A stretch of 64,000 bases of DNA, from positions 4,814,167 to 4,878,166 of the forward strand of contig MU054001.1 of the NCBI GenBank assembly GCA_013239625.1, read 5' to 3'. Of the stretch, positions 52,093-64,000 are shown in pieces (positions within the stretch are counted from its first letter, which is position 1; each line of letters begins with the position of its first letter). The position numbers and the translations under genes are program-made. The notes under the pieces were generated by a model. That model did no database searches. It saw nothing but the letters and a program-made list of their open reading frames with translations, and was not told the DNA's origin. Source of the stretch: Lama guanicoe (lineage: Eukaryota).

Positions 52093-54349
52093 ACTACTCC
52101 AGCGCCATCTTTAATGGAATTTCAGCACCTGCACTTGGTCTCTCCTCAGGCTCTGCAGTGGCATGTGCGCTCAGACTCCTGCCCTGCTCCAGCAGGATAG
52201 AATCATATCTTTTAGGGGTTTCACTCAAGCTTTGTGGGGGGCAGGGGAGCATGTCTTCATTTGTATTTGAGATCAATCCCAGGGGCTGGTTCCAAGCAGA
52301 CCCTTGGCTGATGTGCTCAGAATGAACTTCCTAGTGACCCGTGACAGGCCAACACAGTGTCCCCACCCAGGAGTGGGGCCAGAGTCCATAGAAGGAGCTT
52401 GTGGTTGCCTGGCACAACATTGCCAGGACCCTTGATTCTCTGCCCTTAGTCCTGAGTCTGCTAGGTACCCTGGCCCCCAGGGACCCCCACCTCCCTTTGG
52501 AGAAACAACAACAGTGGTAGTCAAATTAACTCTGGGCTCAGGGTCAGGCTTGCCGCCGAGGAGGGGCAGATCTGTAAGCAGCCCTGGAAAGATTTCACCT
52601 TCCTCCACCTGTGACACGGCCGTTGCCCCTCGCTTTCCCGTGCGCAGCAGCTGTCTACAGTCGAGGCTTTTGCCTGGGATTCTCTGCTGACAGACAGGCT
52701 GCCTGGACCCATTTGCGTGCTGAAGTGCGGCTCCCCGGAGCCCATGGTCCCTCTGGGCGGGTATTGTTAGTTCCCTTGTTTTGTTGGGTGACTGTGAATG
52801 GGAGCCTGTTTACGGGCTGAGTTCCTAATAGAAGGCTTCAGTTCCCTCCTAATAATCTATTCTCCAGTGGGTTTTATTTCCAAAGCACAGCAGTACAGAA
52901 CCTGCCGCCTTGGGAGTTTATTGAGCTTTTTTTTTTCTCTCAACATCATTTTCTCCCACATTTTCACTCGAAGGATGCTGTTTTTCCCGCTCATGGATCT
53001 GGTTACTGGCCAGGCCACCCGCCTTGGGCTCATGTGTCCTGGGTGCTGTTGGGCGTTGGCGAGAGGGGTTTAGAGGGGGCACTTGCTTCCCTGCTTGGGG
53101 TGCTAAGAGCAGAAAGCAGATGGTCAGCTCCTTTGGGGACACCTCCAGCAGACGCAGTCAGGGCCATGTGGCTCTTCCTCACATGCCCCCAGGTGACTTT
53201 AGGTCCCTGAGACTGCTCCTGCTCTGTGTTCCACCAGAAAGCAGCAGATTCTGCCCCCCAAAACCAGCCAACCCCGCTGCTCCCTGGAAGCTGGAATCTC
53301 CCTCCACACCAGGAGTTCTGGGGGAACTGAGGCTCCCACTCTAGAGACAGACTTCCCCGGCTAAGCGGGTGCGACGCTCACTTCCTGCTGCTCTGGAGTG
53401 GCAGACGACAGCCTGTCTCGCTGTCTGCGAGGCAGGGCTGGGAAAGCCCACACACATCCCCACGCGTGCAGGAGCTGCCTTGGCCCCGTAAGCCATCTCA
53501 GGCTTTGTCCCGAGCCAGTGGGTCACCAGCCTCACTCCAGACCCTCCTGATGCCAAGGACGGTGTCACTTCCACATGGGCAAACCGCTCCCTGCCCTCTG
53601 CAAACGGGCGGCCGCCGGCTCGCTGGGTGGGCCCGTGGGACGTGGGGCGCGTACGCGTCAGAGCCTGGGCCCCCGGGAGAGCGGCTGCGTCACCGGGCAG
53701 GCGTTTAGAGGGAACCTTGGCCATCACTCACTCCTAATTTTCATGACGTGCGTTAGCTAAATCGTGTTCTGAGTGTTCATTCAGTGCTGTTTATGGCGTG
53801 CTCTCGAGTGCGCTTACCGTTTGTCAGAAGTGCAAACTAGCGAACATACGAGCCTTTAAGACAGGCCATCTGTTCGTCTTAGACCCTTGGACGATTGTCA
53901 AACGCTGCTAAAAATAAGCGCTCACTAGCAGAGAGGGGCTGCCCAGGTGATACACAGCAGAGAGGGAAGCGGGCCGCCTGCGTCTGTACCCTCCCCAAAG
54001 GGAAAGATACAGCGTGTGTGCTGGGGGGAAGGTTCGGGGGGGTACCCTGGAAGGAAACCGAGGGGGACGAGAGCATGAAAGCCCTGCTGATAGGCCTTTT
54101 TGGCTGGAGGTATGCGCATCTCCCTGTTCCTTGCCTCTCGTGTAACTCCACAGCTCAAATACCTTCGATGGCTCCCCATGGCCCAGATTTAAGGGCAAGC
54201 TGCCTCGTCTGGCATCAAGGAGCCTCATCAATAAGGCCCCCGCCTTCCTTTCCAGGCTCGTCTCCATGGCACATACCCTGTGCTTCTGCCAAGCTGAATT
54301 ATTCATTGTTCCCCCAACATATGCTGCACTTTTCACATTTCGCAGGCAG

Positions 54350-54570
54350 AAGAGTGCTGTGGTTAAGAGTGGGCCCTGCACACAGACTGCACGGGTGCAG
54401 CCATCGCCAGCTGCAGGATCTCAACTTTGTGCCTCGGTTTTCTCATCTGTGAAATAGGGATAATGAGAGCATTTACCTCCGAGCGGTGTCATGAGGCTTA
54501 AATGAGTTAAAATAAGTGAAAGGTGAAGAATGATGTCGTGAGAACCTGATAAATGTTAGCTGTGAGCATT
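54350..54570 (+). mobile_element. MIR, near full length
   Basis: gtggttaagagtgggc...gtgcctcggttttctcatctgtgaaatagggataatg...taaatgagttaa...ataaatgttagct. Confidence 0.85.
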
Positions 54571-56428
54571 GTCAGGATTCTTCACACCTCCAGCCTTTGT
54601 CCGGGCGGTCCCATCTTCCTGGAAAGTGGGCACATGCTTGCACACACACACACACACATACACACATACCAGTGCAAATCCTAACTCAAGCCATCCTTAA
54701 AGGGCGGCCGGGAGGCCAGCTTTTTCCTTCAGCCCCTCCCAATCAGACATCGTCTCCCCATGGCCCCTTTTTATGAACTCTCACCCCCTCCTTCAGCCAT
54801 CAGCTGGGCAAAGGCCTGGATGTGCCTTACTCTCTCTCTCTGTATTCCGTCCACCAGACGGGACCAGGCTTCATGTGTGTTAAATGAACAAATCCCAGAA
54901 CCTCAGCCTGAGCATGGCTGCAGTGTTAGCCCGAAGGAGCTGCCTTTTCACCCGGAAATGATTCTTCCCGTGGTTAAGGCAGGTTCTTGGACTCGGTCTC
55001 TGCTCCTGGAGACTGCTCTTTAAAGCCAGCCTTGTGAGAGCCACTGTGGCTGAGGCCACCAGGGAGGGGCCCAGCGGTAGGCAGTTGGGGGAGAGGGGAC
55101 TGACCACAGCCTCTGTCCCAGCCTAGAGCCAGAAAGTGGCATGGGGTCAAGGTGAAGCCAGGTGGGCTCTGCAGGTGGGGCTGCGTGAGCAGGGCAGGTA
55201 GGATGTTCTGGATGTGGGGGGCTGTGCCTCTGCTGCTTTAATCTGCCCTGGTGATGCAAGACCAAGCCCTGGGACCCAACCTTCTCTTGTGCCCCTTGAG
55301 AGTGAGGGTCTGTGAGTACCGTTCCCCCACCCTCACTGTGGAACTGTGAGCATCTCAAGGCAGAGGCTGGGGCTGTGCTGTCTCCGTGTGTCCAGTGCCC
55401 AGCTGGGGTCTCTGTGAATGGCTGTGGAAGGAACGAGAGAATGACTGAATGAGCACACACTTCCTCCCCCACCAGAATCTCTGTGAGGCTCCCCACCTCA
55501 CCAGAGAGCCCACTCTGTGCCCTGGGGTGAATTGTGGGACAGAGGTTGTAGCCAGGAGCTTGCGGGGAGGGGGCAACGGAGGGAGGGCCTTTATCAGCTG
55601 ATGCTGCTCCAGGGACAGGACCATCCAGGGTGCGGCCTTCTCCAGAGCACTCCTGAGATCTCATCAGCCCTCGGGACACACAGGAGGAGGAGCTGGAAGA
55701 GGCCTGGTTGATCAGTCCATGGAACCTCCATGAAGCCTCCACTGTAGGCCCCGAAGCATGTTTGGTGCCAAGGAGGCACAACCAGGGAACAAACAGCCCC
55801 TCCCTCATAGAGTTCCCTGTATCTTGGACACCTTTTATGGAGATGGATGGGGCACTTACTCTTAGCCAGCCTGAGATAAGGACACTCAAGTCATCTCCTG
55901 AGTCCTCGGAGCATCTTAGGAAGTGGGCTCGGTTATTTCTGTCCCGAGAGGTCAGGGCATTTGCTCAAAACCACATGGATAGTAAGTGGCAGGGCCAGGA
56001 TTCAAACCCACGACTCAGCCCTTCTCAGCCCACTAAGGGCTTCTCGCCTACCTTGCAATCCCCTGGGGCAGAGGCTAGCACACATGGGGCACCTGCAAAG
56101 GACCGAGCGAGGTGCCAGGACTTTAGAGGTGTTTTGTCATCAGGGTGGCTGGAGCACAGGAGGAGCAGCTAACGGTGACCTGCAGGGCAGAGAAGTCCTC
56201 TGCAGCCCATGCCTGTGCACCTCAGGGTGTGCAGAGAAGTCCCTCACTGCTTCCCAGCAGTGCTTTCCAGGCTGCCAGCATGTTTAAGCACCGCTAGTCT
56301 TTTTTTCTTAACACTGTGCAGGGTGGACATCAAAGGGAGACCAAAGCAGGGTCCCACACCAAGGGACAGAAAATGGAGCTGAAACCTTGAGAAGAAATCC
56401 CGGTTGCAGACCAGGGTGGAGTACACCA

Positions 56429-56477
56429 GTGTGTGTGTGTGTGTTTGTGTGTGCGCGCATGCACACTTGTGTGTATA
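56429..56477. repeat. (TG)n/(CG) microsatellite
   Basis: gtgtgtgtgtgtgtgtttgtgtgtgcgcgcatgcacac. Confidence 0.85.
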
Positions 56478-59329
56478 CATGCCTGTTGTGAGGCATGGAG
56501 GCGTGTTAAGCCAAGGATGCCCCCTGGGGCTAGTGAAACTGGAATGGGATCCCCACCTGAATCTGACTGGCCCATCCGTGCTAGTGTGTGTCTGTGCTTT
56601 AGGGAGAATGGTCCAGCTGCAGACTCTGGGACCCTGGTGTTCCCTCGCTGCCCAACACGTACCCTGGCTTGGTCTCGGGATCGAGGTCATTTTACTGCCG
56701 AATTCCTAGTCACAAACATGGTGGCTGTCACCTAGCAGGGATTTAATAAAGGTTTGTTGAATGAATGAAGGAACGACCATGTGAATGAATGCGAGGGTGT
56801 GACCGAGGGTTCCTCGGCCTCAACCTTCTGGTGATGACTTACACAGAGAGAGGGTTTGCCCATCACTAACTTGTGTCCCGGGGTAGATGGCCCAGTGCAC
56901 CAGACACAGGCGCCCGAACGCGAGCGGCGAACAGGCGGTTCCTGAAATCTCCACCGCCAGAGCCGCACTCACTCCGCACAGCGGATGGATCTGGGCCGCA
57001 AACCAGTGCCGCCCACCCCTTCTCATTCTCCCGTTTTATTTTTCTCACCTGCTCCTCGGCCCACACCTGCGTCTCCCTGGCAGGCAGAGAGGTCCGTGTG
57101 GATGCCAGGCGCCCCCCTCTAGGCACCTTCCAGTCCTCGCCGGCTCCCACCCCCACCCCAGCCCCGGCCTTTATGGTGCTGGGAAGTGTTCATCTGCGGG
57201 GTCGGTAGCATCTTTAAAAAACGATTTTCTTCCTTCTCTGAAGGGGCTAAATATAGCACAGGCATAAACAGAGAAATAGACATTAAGCCAAAATGCCCTT
57301 GTGAGAACCATGCCGGGTGGAAGGAACTCTTTAAGAAGACTTGATGAAGCTCCCCCATCCCTCCAACCGCAGCTCCAAGCTGTGGGGGAAGCAGCCGCGG
57401 GTTTTTAGGGTTATTGAACTGGGCCGCTTGGCAGTGGCTCCGCCGGGAGCGCCTCAGCGCACAGGTGTGCTGGTGATTGGTGAGTCCTGGTGACGGTCCC
57501 CGCCACCCCTCCGCCCTTACCGGGCCAGTGCCCTGGGCCTGTGGAGGAGCTGGCCGAGAACTTGGGCTTCTCAGCCTCCCCACCCCCATGCTTATTGGGT
57601 GGCCTTGAGCCGGCTCCCTCTGGAGCTGCCACCCGGCATCACATACGTGTCCGTCTTTTGGCATCGCCCCCCCCCAAACAAAAGTAAACCAGGCCCTCGA
57701 GTGCTGGACCCAGCTGGAGTCCTCCCCTTCCCTCCACTGTGCCCTGCCCAGGGCAGAGCATCCAGCAGGCACTTCATAACGCAGTGCTGAGTGAATTCTG
57801 GTGGCTGGGCCCCTCGGGGCATCAGCTTTAACATTTCCATCTGCTATGACATCGTGGGCTTTGGTTCCTGTAGAACTTGGGGGAAGGAAGTTTCACCCTC
57901 CTGTCTCAGAACCCTCTTTGAGGAAGTTCTTTCTCGAGTCTAACGGGAGAACCACCAGCTACCACTCCTTAATAGAAAAGGCCACTGTTGTTTCCACCCA
58001 CTATGTGGCATTTATTCTTGAATTGTCCTAACCCATGGTCCCAGGTGGAGGTTTCCACATCCAGGATTTCTGTGCCTGCCTGAGCCAGTCTGGACCACAT
58101 GTGCCACACCGGCCCCTTCTTGGCATCTGGGCAAGAGGCTGCTTCCTTATCCAGAGAGCCCTGGACACCCCCCTTTGCCCTGGTGCTGGTGGGTGGTCCT
58201 GAAGATTTTGTGAAGATCAAATATCATCTGGTTTTCTGCTTCCTGTGGAACAGCGTCCACATTCGGGGCATACAGGGCCCCCAGCAGTGCTCCGTTTGAC
58301 CTCTGTGCTGGGTTCACCCCACTGTGCCTGCATTTGCCGGGCTTCTTCCAGCTTCCGTACCTTTGTCTGTGCCATGCTCTCCACTCGGAATATCCGCTCC
58401 GCTGTCCACACACACACATCCCACCCAGAGACTTATGTATTTATTGCTCATTTATTTATCCTTCCATTGATTAAAAAATATTTACCCAGTGTCAAGCCCT
58501 AGGGACCATAATTTGAAAACAAAAAAAGAGAAATAAGAAAATACATATTTCCCTTCCTAATGCCCCTCCTCTTCCTCCTCCCCAACCCCACACCAATAAA
58601 AAAGGACCTGACCATACCTAGATAGCCTGGGCCACGAGGCACTGTTAACTGGCTGTCGGCAGGGTGGGAGAGGGAGACTGCCACGTCGTTCCTGGCAGCA
58701 GTGCCTGCCACACCACCTCTGGACACCGGAGGTCCGAGGGTCGGGTCATCACGATGCACAGCCCTGGGCCACGTGCTGTGGGGCTGGAAGAGGACCTGAG
58801 GCCCGCTCCCCACAGCTCAGCAGAGGCAGCCAGTCTGGCACTGAGGACGCAGACAGATGTGTGGGAGGTGGGCTGGAGGTGCCTTGAGGGGCTGCAGGGA
58901 GGGGAAGCCCTGCGTGCCCAGAGGACTTTGAGAGTGGCGCGGTTCACTGAGAGGAGAGCGGAGGCGGGAACTGAATCAGCAAAGGCTTGGGAGCTGGGAA
59001 TATGGTTTGCTGTAGGGTGGGCTCAGCTTCTTGCAGGACTGGCTGGCTGTGCCCGCACAAGTGCACAGAGAAGTGCCTCGGCTGGAGGGTAGGCGTTCCC
59101 ATGGAAACCGCCGCATCCCATCTGTGGCCTCAGACATCCTACCTTGTGCCTCTGGGTCCGTGACACCCCCACCGAGATGCTGGGCCACGCTGGCAGAGTT
59201 TGCGCTCGTCTCTGGAGCGGAGTTCGGATGATCCGGGTGCCCGTGCGGGTGTAGGGCTCTGTGGGAAGTCTGCCTTCTCGCCCAAGCCCCTGGTTCTCTT
59301 GGTTTCCAGGTGCTACCCTTCCTACTTCC

Positions 59330-59450
59330 AAACTGAGTGTCATTTAGCCAGTCTGAGCCTCAGTTTCCTCATTTTACTATGCCCTACCTTCTAAGGCTGC
59401 TGTGAGGCTTGAAGAGATGTGCCTGCAAAAGCACACTGCACGTGTGTTTG
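59330..59450 (+). mobile_element. MIR core
   Basis: tctgagcctcagtttcctcat...cctaccttctaaggctgctgtgaggcttgaagagat. Confidence 0.7.
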
Positions 59451-60825
59451 CCAACTCTGGCCATGTGGCCTGCGCCTGGGAGCCCAGGGAAGGAGGATGG
59501 CTGTGGTTCGCGGTTTGTGCCACGGGGAGTCAGTGGGCATCTGCTGTACGAGGATGGGGCGATGCCTCTCCCTGGCCGTGAGCTGGAGGGGTTGGTGACA
59601 TCAGCATGGAGGCAGCAGCCGTGTCTGCAGTGGGAAGAGGCAGCCACTGGGGCCCTGGACTGGGGAGCGGGGGTCGCCCCAGGGCTGCTGGCAAAGCTAC
59701 CTACGGGCATCTCACAGCCTAGACCTGGCGCCCGGGAGAGTCGCAGCGCCATGTCTGACCCCTAGTGGTCACCGGCAGAGCTGCAGGAGCGGTTCCCGGC
59801 CCCGAGGAGTCACTGCAGTGGTGGGGGCCCCAGGTCTGGGGAGGCAGGAGCATCCCTGAAAGCTGCTCCCTGTAACTGAGGTCTTGTGGGGCCCCCAAGC
59901 AGGGCTACTCTGCCTCAGGTGGATTTCGCTTCCTTTTTCCAGGTGTCATGAGGTTGAATACCACCTGAGGCTTTGATGAAATTGGTCTGGATTTGGACAC
60001 AAACTGCTGAAAAGAGACAAAAAGATTGTAGGTTCATAGAGGCCAAATCCCACCCACAGCCCCAAGCCACTGGCTCCTATGAAAACCCATCTACACTGTT
60101 GTCCTGCTCCAGCTGGGAGGGAGGAAATGCCATGGGCTGTGGAGAGAGGCAAGCGTTTGGCCAGAGGGTCCCATCTGGGGCCTGGATTCCCAGGTGGATT
60201 CGGACAAACTACACAGTGTTCTTCGGCCAGAGCACTGTCATGTGACTGCATGGACAGGCGCCCTCCCTGTGGGTGACCTGCCCCCTGCCACAGGCACCAC
60301 GGCCGCCCACTGCCTCAGCCTGTCCGTGCCACTCGGGTGTTTCTTGGCTGTAGAGCTGTGTGGCACATCTGCTGTCCCCTCCACTAGGCTCAGAGCAGCT
60401 CCTGGGAAGGACCAGGAGGGAGATCTGGGGGAAGCCTGCAGGCAATCAGATATAATTTCCTCCTGATCATTAGAGCAAAAGGGAGATGGAGAGGTGAACA
60501 GGGATGTTTTTAACTCCTGCCGCCTCCCCAGCATTTCCCCTCTCCCTCCATATAGCCAGTCCCCACAGTAAGACCTGAATGGTCTAAAAGAAAAAAATTC
60601 ATTGGGAACCCAGCTTGGCAGCAACAGGAACCGATCCCCAAGCCCCAAATCAACGTGGCGTCTTGGCAGCTGCGTCCCCAGAGCACTTTTTCCTTGTTGC
60701 ATTTTGTTTTGTAATAATCGAGATGTTTTTCTGTGGCTTTCGGTGTAAATGCACTGAGTGGGAGGGGATGGGCATGCTCTCCATTCTTCTGCCCTCATGC
60801 GTGTCTCCTTTCTTCGCCTTTGCAG

Positions 60826-60855
60826 AACCACACGATGAGCCAGCACGCACAGTGA
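60826..60855 (+). CDS. ZNF423: ZNF423 terminal exon, coding part (NHTMSQHAQ*)
   Basis: Long pyrimidine tract and tgcAG ending at 60825. AAC CAC ACG ATG AGC CAG CAC GCA CAG TGA supplies the two His ligands of the last finger and matches the recalled ZNF423 C-terminus. Confidence 0.96.
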   Translation, partial: NHTMSQHAQ

Positions 60856-61515
60856 GGGACCGCTCGACAGGACACCTCTCCGCAGAAGGCTTGCCGGAGA
60901 CGCCGTGGGGAGGGCCATTTGAACATTACATCCAATCAAAGTGTCATTTGCAACCCAGATGTAAAACTCTAATGATTTGGCCATGAGGCGCTGCTATTAT
61001 AAGCAGCTGGAAATGAATATTAATGGCAGAGATTAAAAGTATTCCATGCTCAGTATTTTTTATTGTCCTGCTACAGCTAGTGTGCTTTTAGAGTTTCCGC
61101 CGCAGACTACATTTCTAGAGTTAGAGAAACCCGCTTTTTGAGGCTATTGTCCTTTGTTCCTTCATGTATTATATTGATAGTTTTAAAAAAAGGATTAGTG
61201 TGATTTTTTTTCTTTGCTTCTTTTTTTTTTTTTCTTTTTTGTTTTTCTTTCCCCCCCTTCGGTTAACTACTTTTTAATTGCAATTCTAGGTAATTGTGCA
61301 TCGTGATGTGATTGCTTGGCTATTGTCTGAATATTTCCTTTTAATTTTTTAATTAAAGACTAATGCTTTGATTGGATTTGCCAGTTCACCGGACAGTGAT
61401 TAAAACTATGTAATGAATATAATCGGTTTCAGTGCAACTGGATGGTCTGCTTTTAAATGTGACTTAATCTGACTGCAGTAACTAGTACAGTTCAATAAAG
61501 GGAATCCATGCAATT
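60856..61515 (+). other. ZNF423: ZNF423 3' UTR (3' end approximate)
   Basis: Follows the TGA; AT/U-rich and repeat-free; long U tract at ~61205-61250; ends shortly after AATAAA at 61494. Confidence 0.85.
61494..61499 (+). terminator. ZNF423: Polyadenylation signal AATAAA
   Basis: ttcAATAAAgggaatccatgCA; CA dinucleotides 12-20 nt downstream; composition switches back to GC-rich afterwards. Confidence 0.85.
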
Positions 61516-61700
61516 AGCATCCGGCTGCCTGGTTCTCTCTGCCCCAGCCCAGGGCTGCGTGGGGGCTGTCGTCACCTATAGGGTGTGTCCCTTGTGAGTT
61601 CCCATGGATCACACGCACCAGTGGGGACCTGCACTCAACAGACCCAGCTTCCCCTGGGAAGGAGCAAGGATAGTAACCTAATGCATGCCAACTGGATGAG

Positions 61701-61714
61701 CCAGCAGGGGGCAC
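61701..61714 (+). promoter_or_regulatory. CTCF core motif
   Basis: CCAGCAGGGGGCAC fits CCASYAGRKGGCRS at all 14 positions. Confidence 0.55.
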
Positions 61715-64000
61715 AGAAGTCAGAGTGGAAAGAAGCATTAAGCGCTCTGATCTCATTTATGGAAGTGGGGAACAGGCCCAGGGATAAGTGGGCAGCTACT
61801 CCGAGTCCATGTAGCAGGTTGGTAGGGTAGTTCACACGCATCCACAGTCATTGTTTCTGCCCCTTGGGTATAGCATCCCCAGGCACTGGATGCAGATGGC
61901 CACGTGGTTAACCCTTACCTTGTCAGGACTCCAGGCAGGACCCAGCTTCTAGTTGTGGCCGAGACGTGGAGATGGGACAGGATCTAGGGGCGGCTCTCCA
62001 GCCCCACACGGCGCAGAGCTGGGGGCTGCAGAGTGGAGCCAGGTGGGAGCAGCAGATTCCCAATCACAGAGATCAGCGGGATGTGGAAGTGCTGAGACCA
62101 GTGCTGCAGCCAGGACTCCAGTGGGGCAAGCGAGGTACCTAGGATGCAAAATCTCAAGGGTGCCTCCTGACACTCTGCACCCTAGGCACCTTGCTTGCCT
62201 CGCCTCCTCCTGGTCCTGCTGGTGCCTTAGGTGCCCCCTGACCCCAAATCAGCCTTAGTCTCCCACATGGCCGTCCTCCCATACCTCCATTATGCCGGTG
62301 CTCGGCCAACTTGCCAATCAGAGGCCAGGGCTTCCGAACGTGGCACAGGGAAGCCCTTCCTTGTTAACTTTTCACAAGGGGCAGGACAATTGGTTATTAC
62401 CCTCTGCAGAGCGGAAATGAAACAGGCAGACAGATTGTATCTAATTATAATGTGACAGTAAGTCATGGTGTGGAATTTGGAGCAATTATACCCGGCATCT
62501 TCTCCCACATCGAGGGCTTCTGTAAGAGTTCCCCTTGCTGCCACCACAGGCACTGTTCTGACATGGGTGGGGCTGTTGGTTTTCCTAAAGGTATTTTACA
62601 CCTGCGAATCTCTTGATTCTTGACTCTTGCCAGTTTTGGACAGAATGGAGTGGTTGCTCTTCAACTTAAGGGCTCTTACCTTCCAGGAGCCAAGGGCGGT
62701 GAACTCCAGTTTTCAGTCCTCCGGAGACTTGGCCATTTTAGGGGAAGACCTCAGGCTAGGCATCAGTATTCACCAAAGTGTGGCGGGCCACAGGCTGGGG
62801 CTGGAGCTGGGGCTGGGGGAGGCTGCAGCCAAGGCTGCCTTTTGGACGATGCTGAGACTGTGCGTGAGACTAGGCTCGCCAGATCACTGTCTCTGAGCCC
62901 TCCCCAGTCCGAATTCATCCCGAACCCCATGGAACCCAGGTGAGTCCTCAGTAAGTACCAACCGAAGATTTGATTTGACGGTTGGTGGCGTAGGGCTAAA
63001 TTAGTCACTGCCCCCATTAAAAATACAGCGGGGGGTTTAAGAGCTTTTCACGCCGTGTGGGAATCAGCAGCGAAGCCGGCGGATGCCTTGGGTAAGGAGA
63101 GAGGCAGCCTAGGGGACCACGAGGTAATGAGGTTTATGGCGATGACAAGGCAGCCAGGGAACCCCACCGACTCCTCCCTCACCCTGGCTCCATTGTTCTC
63201 AGGCGGGCTCTGCCCCCGCTGCTGCCGCTCAGAGCCCCTCGTGACTTCCTGCGGGGAGGGGGCTTGTAGAGGGGACACAGCAGCCCTTACTGGGACTTGG
63301 ATTTGTCACCATCAAGCAGTACTGGGGTGGTGGTAGTGCACAGCAATAAACCTGCATTTTGGAGTTCCCCCTTCACTTCCTTCCAGTCAAATGGTTTGGA
63401 GCTGGGATGAGCCACTTTACCTCTCAGCTCTGCGGGACCTCGGAGGGTCACTGGGAGGCTTACAGGAAAGGATTCCTATAGGAAAAGGAGGCCTGAGTAC
63501 CAAGAAAGACCCAGAAGTGGCTTGGTTAGTGTTAGGTTATTTGCATGTACAAATCGTCAGTTTCTAGTGGCTCTGTGGGTGGAGGAATTTTGCCCAGATT
63601 GAGAAATGGACCAGGACCCCTGGGCCACAGAACCCTGTCATTGGGTACCTGCCTAGAGCTTCTGGAAGCAGGTGGGTAAGGGTTTTGGTCTCAGTGGAGA
63701 AGCAGCCATAGGAAGAATCTTCTTGAATTTCCCCAGCCATAGAGAATGTTCCTCCTAAACTCACAGTATATTTAATATTTAACTTTCCACCTGTTTTTTA
63801 TTCCTTTCTTTTAAAGTGTGCACTCTGAGGGGTGGGATCTGCACTTACAAGGGTTCAGTAAATAGGACCAAAATTTCAATCCATCCTTTCCTCCATCTGG
63901 CAAATGTCTATGGAGCTGCTCTGTGTGCTGGGGATATAAGGGTGGACAGGTAATGTGGTGGACAGCTCACAGCCACATGAAAGCCATCTAACAAAGAAGC

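Noticed and set aside
55020..55889. Longest ORF in the track (289 aa, minus strand)
   Set aside because: No recognisable domain, non-ATG start, composition typical of GC-rich non-coding DNA, and antisense within an intron.
60238..60984. 248-aa antisense ORF across the last exon
   Set aside because: No family resemblance and no supporting promoter or splice structure.

Overview
Mammalian genomic DNA, probably camelid. The evidence is a young tRNA-Ala(AGC)-derived SINE with a Vic-1-like tail; I recognised no Alu, Bov-tA/BovB, PRE-1 or Can-SINEs. The window holds the 3' end of ZNF423 (Zfp423/OAZ/EBFAZ) on the + strand. The last three coding exons are 31853-31984, 33628-33743 and 60826-60855. 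They splice in frame to ...[92 protein letters not shown], the last three C2H2 fingers. A ~650-nt 3' UTR follows, with AATAAA at 61494. The rest is intron or 3' flank. It contains old repeats (MIR, L2, L1M, L3/CR1, MER2B, MER3, MER5A, MER102, MLT1), simple repeats and about a dozen repeat-free, AT-rich, motif-dense islands that look like conserved non-coding enhancers. Almost all entries in the ORF track are chance ORFs in GC-rich intron. I found no evidence for a new gene or a new biological system. The best leads are regulatory: a perfect RFX X-box with a forkhead site, a candidate ZNF423 autoregulatory site, a CTCF plus EBF pair just past the poly(A) site, an IRF/palindrome cluster and miRNA seeds. 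One structural lead is an L1 fragment with a possible 3' transduction. Repeat family names and boundaries come from remembered consensus sequences and are approximate. Conservation was not computed.
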